From: an uncultured Candidatus Saccharibacteria bacterium
GTDB lineage: Bacteria > Patescibacteriota > Doudnabacteria > UBA920
Assembly: GCA_964384035.1 (NCBI GenBank)
Contig: CAYLIB010000002.1
Span: 101,608 to 160,547, forward strand
DNA: 58,940 bases
Reading direction: 5' to 3'
Both the position numbers and the translations under genes were made by a program. A model generated the notes under the pieces. That model saw only the letters and a program-made list of their open reading frames with translations. It was not told the origin of the DNA and searched no databases. How positions within the stretch are numbered: the first letter of the stretch is position 1; every line of letters begins with the position of its first letter. This document shows, in pieces, positions 53,907 to 58,940 of the stretch.

Positions 53907-56900
53907 TTGATAAATATAAATTCGAAACAAAAAAATCCCCATAAACAAGCAGGGTTTCTTGCGGTAGTTATTGGGTTATTAGTGTTTGGGGTGGCTGTAA
54001 CAGGTACTTATGCATATAAGCACCGTAGTTTTGTTTTAAATAAGTTTAAGCAATTCCAAAATTTCTCAAAATCGAACACAAATCCGAGCGTTCAGTTAGC
54101 AACAAACACAGATGAGAAGGCCGTAAGTAGTAAACAAGAAAGAGAACCTGAAGGGCAGGTCTTAAGCGTGGTAGATAATAAAAGCTATATAAACCAGGCA
54201 GTCATAGAAGAATTCCAGAGACTAGTTGCATCAGGCGCATTAACAGGCCCACAAGGTGTAAAAGGAGAAAAGGGTGACAAAGGCGAGAATTCAGAAACCA
54301 GAAATACTTCTCAAAATTATCCCGTAGGGCTCCCATCTAACAATTTGGGTCAGGTCTTAGGTGCGACCATTACAGCAACTCCTAGCTACAACCCACCTTC
54401 CCCCCAAGGTCCTACCACTACAAATATTCCAAGCATTCAACAAGGCTATGTTCCGGTTGGGCTAGTTCCTAATAATGACCAAGGTTTTAATGGTGCAGTG
54501 CTCGGTGGATTTACTAGTTTAGGGGCTAAGAATTTAGCCGCAGACTCCCTAAGTGTAACTGGTAATTTTACGTCTACTGGTTCTGCAAGCATTTCAAATC
54601 TAAGTGTGAGCTCGGCTTTGAGTTCGGCAAGCGTAAATCCTGCAACGGCGAACACAACGACAGAAGGTCTTGTCCTTACTCAGGGGGTGGCCGCATCTGT
54701 CAACGTTAATCTTTATCAGGATGCTCAAAAACAAATCGCGCTAACGAGCGATAATTTACCTTATTTTATTCACTATTCGAATACTTCTGGGACCGATCTT
54801 TATTTAGTGAAGTGTGCTGATGTAGATTGTCTTCAGAAAACGAGCACTTTAGTTGCAACATCTCCTAGTGGGATTGGAAATTATGTGATTAAAATGGGGA
54901 GCGATAACTTACCTAGGATTCTCTACGTGGCTTACGAGACCCCACAAGAGTTACATTTGATAACTTGTACAAATGCAACTTGTAGTGCTAATACAAATAC
55001 TTTGATTGATGTATCTACTAGTGTGGGTTATCTCAGCTTTTATTCTCTCGCCATGTATTTGGATTCAAACAACTTTGCTCATATATTTTATGATAATTTT
55101 CAAAATTCTAACCAAGCCCTTCGTTATGCTAGGTGTTCAGATGTAACCTGTAGCTCTAAAACTCTTACTACAGTAACGACAGGTACAACACCGGACTTTT
55201 TTGAGGCTTTAAGTATTGCACAGGGACTCGATGGGTTTCCTAGGGTTGCTTATACTACTGCTAATACAACAATAAAATATATCCAGTGTACTAATGCTTC
55301 ATGCTCAGCAATTGCAAATACTGTAATAGATTCCACGGGTACTTATTACTACGAGCTGGATATGCAGGTTGCAAGTGACGGTTTTGGAAGAATTGCCTAT
55401 ACAGACTATACAACCGGGATAATAAAATATGTTCAATGTACAAATGCGAGTTGTTCAACTAATGTTATAAATACAGTAAATACTCTTACAAATCCTTGGG
55501 GTGTCTCATTGGTTTTAGGGTCAGACGATACTGCAAGAATTGTCTACGACAACTACAGGTCTGGTGGGGTTTACTACACAAATTGTAAAAATGCCAGTTG
55601 TTCAGTAAAAAACACAAAGACTATTTCTTCTACTGGAAAATTCCCCGTTTCCGTGACTATGGGTTCAGATAATTTTGCAAGATTAATTTATACACAGCCT
55701 GACCTTTTAACCATAGATTTCGTTAGATTAAAATCCACAGACGGTAATCCAACCCAAGTATTAGGTTCTGTTCTAGGTACAAGTACCAGTCCATTCGGGC
55801 AAGTCTTTAGTAATGGGTTAACCCTTTATGAAAATTCTTTTTTTACTACAAATAAGGGAGTGTTAAGTATAGGTAATAATCCCGCTTCTTTTGATGGCTC
55901 TACTACAGGATTCTTTAGCGGTTCAGAAAACGGGACATTAATAGCGGCAAATGCTGCTTCTGGGTATGCCGGGAATTTAATAGACCTTCAGGTGGCAGGC
56001 GTAAGTAAATTCAAAGTAGACTCTACAGGTGCTATTACTTTCAATGGTGCAATAACCTTACCCACAGGAACAGATCTAGGTAATTTAATACCTCGTTCTG
56101 TTACTAGAACAGTGCCAACTACTATTGGAGATGCAGTAGACATAGGAAGTTTTTATGTTACAGAGCTAGCTGCTGTTTTTGAAGTTTATATTTCTGTACC
56201 GGCATCTAATTTTTCTGTTGCAAAAAAATATACAATACCAGCTAGGTTCGGTTATACCGGTGGAAATTGGTATGTGGCTATGGCAGATCAGTCTACTGGA
56301 AATTATTCTGGAAACGACTATGAGCTAGATGTTAATATGAATGCATATACAACGAGTTTCAGGATTAGGCGAACAGGTGGTTCCACAGCAGGGACAGCAT
56401 ATGTAACAATTCTTCAGCAAGGCGCTACTACGTCTATCTGGACACCTTCTTCCGCAACTTCAACCGTAGCATCGCTACCAACTCAAACTTTAGATTACTT
56501 GGATAGGAATTTACGCATAGTCAGTTTGCAGCCAGGTTCAGTAAGTGCTGGTAATGGTACCACAGCGGCAAATGTTATAAATGTTACCGGTGGTGCAGGT
56601 GGTGATTCCTCCGCGGCTGGCTCTATAACTGGTGGAACCGGTGGTGCGATTCTGCTTACAACCGGAGCAGGTGGACAAGCTACAGCTGCGACAACTGCAG
56701 CTACAGGCGGAACCGGTGGTGCATATACATTGCAAGGCGGAACCGGTGGTGCCTCTACGGTTTCCGGAGGGGCAACAAATACAGGTGGTACCGGAAGTGC
56801 TCTTACTTTTAACGCAGGTACAGGCGGTGCGGCGTCAGGTGGTACTTCAAATGTGGGAGGTACTGGTGGTGCCATAGCTATAAACGCTGGAACAGGTGGT

Positions 56901-58940
56901 GTAGGAACAACTAGTGGTGGAAATGGTGGAGCAGTAACTATTCAGGGTGGTCAAGCAGCGGCTATGGCAGGCGCAGCTGGTGGCGCAATAACCTTAACAG
57001 GCAGAGCCGGTTCTTCTACTGGTACTGGTGGAGCAGGTGGTGCAATTACCTTAACAGCCGGTGCAGCCGGCGGAGATGATACAGTAACAAGAACAGGTGG
57101 TTCCATTTCTCTCACAGCTGGTGCTTCCAAAGGTAATACTGCTGCGGGAGGAATTTCAATAACAGGTGGTGCTGCCTCACAAAATTTAACATCTGGTACA
57201 GCTACTGGTCCAGCTGGTGGGTCAATGACATTTACTTTAGGCGCAGGTGGTACCGCTCCTAGTGCGACTACTGCTTCTACAGGAGGTTCAGGAGGTACAT
57301 TTAACCTTCAGGGCGCAAACGGTGGAGTCGCTTCGGTAGCAGGAACAGGAACAAATACAGGTGGAGCTGGTAGCGCGCTCAATCTTACGGGTGGTGTAGG
57401 AGGGAACGCGACGGGGAGTACATCAAATACAAATACTGGTGGACCTGGTGGAAGCATAACTATTACCGGTGGTGCAGGTGGAAACGCAACAACTGGAAGC
57501 GGTACTCTTCAGGGTGGTGCAGGAGGAGGGGTAACCATTCAAGGTGGTACTGGTGGAAGTGGAACTATTGGTGGTAATGGCGGTCTAATTACAATAGTCG
57601 GAGGAAATGCACAAAACGTGGCTGGTTCAGCTGGGGGTTCTGTTCAAATAATAGCCAGACAAGGTTCTAGTACTGGTTCCGGTGGTGCTGGTGGAGCACT
57701 CACTTTAAATGCAGGTGCTGCTGGTGGTGATGATACCGTTGCGAGAGCTGGTGGGCTTGTAAGTATTGCCGCTGGTGGTTCAAAAGGTAACACGGCTGGA
57801 GGTTCAATGAGTTTGACGCCAGGCAGTGCTGGTCAAAATTTAGCAACAGGAACAGCGAGTGGTCCAGCTAGCGGTGCATTTACGATTAGCATCTCAACTG
57901 GTGGAACTGCCCCTAATGCTGACGTTGCGTCAACAGGCGGAGCTGGTGGTACTTTTACTATTCAAGGTGGTACAGGGGGTGCGGCTAGTGTGGCAGGTAC
58001 GGGTACTAACACCGGTGGTGTCGGTTATACAACAAACTGGACTCTTGGTACGGGTGGTGCAGCAAATGGTGCAACTTCTGGTACGAACACAGGCGGTTCG
58101 GGCGGTGGTTTTAACCTGACTGGTGGAACTGGCGGTGCTGCAAGTAATGGTAGCGGAAACATGGTTGGTGGTACCGGTGGTGCTCTAACTTTCACAGGAG
58201 GTACAGGTGGTGTGGGTACGACAAGTGGTGGTAACGGTGGAGCAGTTACTTTGCAGGGTGGTGTGGCCGCAGCTATGGTTGGTGCTGCGGGTGGCGCTGT
58301 AAGTATTACTGGTAGGACAGGCTCTTCTACAGGTTCCGGTGGTGCTGGTGGTGCAGTTGCTATATCTTCTGGGGCTGCTGGTGGAAATGATACCGTAAGT
58401 CGTGCTGGCGGTGCTATTACCATAACCTCTGGTGCGTCTAAAGGGGACTCAGTAGGTAGTGCCATTACTTTAACTTCAGGAGCTGGTGGACTTGGAACTG
58501 GTGCAACAGGTGCAATTGGTGGGGCAGTTACCCTTCAAGCCGGAGCTGGTGGCGCAAACGCAACTACGAGCGGTGCTGGTGGGGATGTAAATATTCGTGC
58601 AGGTGTTGGTGGGTCTTCTGGTTCTGCTGGAAGTGGTGGAGCAATTATTTTACAAACTGCAACTACAACTTCGCTCGCAAATAGGTTAACAATAGATGCT
58701 AAGGGTAATGTCGTGTTGGGTACTGGAGCGCTCTCTACTAGTGCTACCGATGGATTTATTTATGTTCCAGCATCAGCGGGAACTCCAACAGGTGTTCCTA
58801 CTAGTTACAGCGGAAGAGCAGCAACTGAATACGATACTACAAATAACAAACTATGTTCATATAACGGTGCTTGGAAATGTAGTGGTGCGTTTGCAGATAT
58901 TGCAGAGTGGATGCCGGCAAGTGGTGCTGAATCTGGTGAT
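53907..58940 (+). CDS. Giant cell-surface protein 2, paralog of 50169-53855; partial, runs off the window end
   Basis: The frame is open from the in-frame stop at 53874-53876 to the window end (over 1670 codons). The only canonical start before the TM helix is TTG at 53907. It has the same architecture as protein 1 plus a long GGxGG-rich repeat region. It is absent from the ORF track because no stop lies inside the window. Confidence 0.75.
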   Translation, partial: MININSKQKNPHKQAGFLAVVIGLLVFGVAVTGTYAYKHRSFVLNKFKQFQNFSKSNTNPSVQLATNTDEKAVSSKQEREPEGQVLSVVDNKSYINQAVIEEFQRLVASGALTGPQGVKGEKGDKGENSETRNTSQNYPVGLPSNNLGQVLGATITATPSYNPPSPQGPTTTNIPSIQQGYVPVGLVPNNDQGFNGAVLGGFTSLGAKNLAADSLSVTGNFTSTGSASISNLSVSSALSSASVNPATANTTTEGLVLTQGVAASVNVNLYQDAQKQIALTSDNLPYFIHYSNTSGTDLYLVKCADVDCLQKTSTLVATSPSGIGNYVIKMGSDNLPRILYVAYETPQELHLITCTNATCSANTNTLIDVSTSVGYLSFYSLAMYLDSNNFAHIFYDNFQNSNQALRYARCSDVTCSSKTLTTVTTGTTPDFFEALSIAQGLDGFPRVAYTTANTTIKYIQCTNASCSAIANTVIDSTGTYYYELDMQVASDGFGRIAYTDYTTGIIKYVQCTNASCSTNVINTVNTLTNPWGVSLVLGSDDTARIVYDNYRSGGVYYTNCKNASCSVKNTKTISSTGKFPVSVTMGSDNFARLIYTQPDLLTIDFVRLKSTDGNPTQVLGSVLGTSTSPFGQVFSNGLTLYENSFFTTNKGVLSIGNNPASFDGSTTGFFSGSENGTLIAANAASGYAGNLIDLQVAGVSKFKVDSTGAITFNGAITLPTGTDLGNLIPRSVTRTVPTTIGDAVDIGSFYVTELAAVFEVYISVPASNFSVAKKYTIPARFGYTGGNWYVAMADQSTGNYSGNDYELDVNMNAYTTSFRIRRTGGSTAGTAYVTILQQGATTSIWTPSSATSTVASLPTQTLDYLDRNLRIVSLQPGSVSAGNGTTAANVINVTGGAGGDSSAAGSITGGTGGAILLTTGAGGQATAATTAATGGTGGAYTLQGGTGGASTVSGGATNTGGTGSALTFNAGTGGAASGGTSNVGGTGGAIAINAGTGGVGTTSGGNGGAVTIQGGQAAAMAGAAGGAITLTGRAGSSTGTGGAGGAITLTAGAAGGDDTVTRTGGSISLTAGASKGNTAAGGISITGGAASQNLTSGTATGPAGGSMTFTLGAGGTAPSATTASTGGSGGTFNLQGANGGVASVAGTGTNTGGAGSALNLTGGVGGNATGSTSNTNTGGPGGSITITGGAGGNATTGSGTLQGGAGGGVTIQGGTGGSGTIGGNGGLITIVGGNAQNVAGSAGGSVQIIARQGSSTGSGGAGGALTLNAGAAGGDDTVARAGGLVSIAAGGSKGNTAGGSMSLTPGSAGQNLATGTASGPASGAFTISISTGGTAPNADVASTGGAGGTFTIQGGTGGAASVAGTGTNTGGVGYTTNWTLGTGGAANGATSGTNTGGSGGGFNLTGGTGGAASNGSGNMVGGTGGALTFTGGTGGVGTTSGGNGGAVTLQGGVAAAMVGAAGGAVSITGRTGSSTGSGGAGGAVAISSGAAGGNDTVSRAGGAITITSGASKGDSVGSAITLTSGAGGLGTGATGAIGGAVTLQAGAGGANATTSGAGGDVNIRAGVGGSSGSAGSGGAIILQTATTTSLANRLTIDAKGNVVLGTGALSTSATDGFIYVPASAGTPTGVPTSYSGRAATEYDTTNNKLCSYNGAWKCSGAFADIAEWMPASGAESGD
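56530..58470 (+). repeat. Coding higher-order tandem repeat, period ~654-657 bp (~218 aa), about 3 copies, inside giant protein 2
   Basis: Anchors ggtgg(a/t)aa(t/c)gg at 56916, 57570 and 58227, and gatgat/aatgat at 57075, 57729 and 58386, give spacings of 654 and 657 nt. Confidence 0.8.

Noticed and set aside
56495-58465. Pro-rich minus-strand ORFs 56495..56875 and 58025..58465, and plus-strand ORFs 56632..56877 and 57859..58119
   Set aside because: They are reverse-complement or frame-shifted shadows of the GGT-rich Gly repeat of giant protein 2, whose frame is open across the entire region.

Overview
About 59 kb of a low-GC bacterial chromosome segment (hand counts of typical 60-nt lines give roughly 22-40% GC). 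It is densely packed, almost entirely plus-strand coded, and uses the standard code, since TGA works as a stop. Housekeeping genes dominate: rpsO-pnp, tgt, glyQS, metG, tatD, leuS, tsaC, glyA, uppP, cca, purC, parB, murI, nfo and a cysteine desulfurase. They are mixed with many orphan ORFs, a type IV pilin-like gene and two tandem giant surface proteins. My inference is a reduced-genome CPR/Patescibacteria-like organism. RNA genes are tRNA-Leu(CAA) and tRNA-Pro(GGG), both with encoded CCA. The first 800 nt also hold an unusual GC-rich tandem array of tRNA-Arg(GCG)-like 3' domains, each fused to a conserved non-tRNA hairpin module. That array sits beside a minus-strand module of ParB-like nuclease, HTH protein and tyrosine recombinase. 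Four things are most worth a second look. (1) The tRNA-like array shows compensatory base changes between copies. (2) The paired giant proteins at 50169-58940+ share collagen-like triplets, about 7 Cys-clamped repeat blades and a shared C-terminal DIAE module, and the second carries a ~654-bp higher-order Gly-rich repeat. The second ORF is missing from the ORF track because it runs off the window. (3) Several GC-rich genes are self-contained, each with its own terminator and most with a promoter-like element and strong SD, and are embedded in the AT-rich backbone. (4) A perfect 60-nt direct repeat flanks a palindromic insert upstream of tRNA-Leu. No CRISPR array, rRNA, transposase or recognisable defence genes were seen. 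All functional calls rest on motif recognition by eye; no database search was run.
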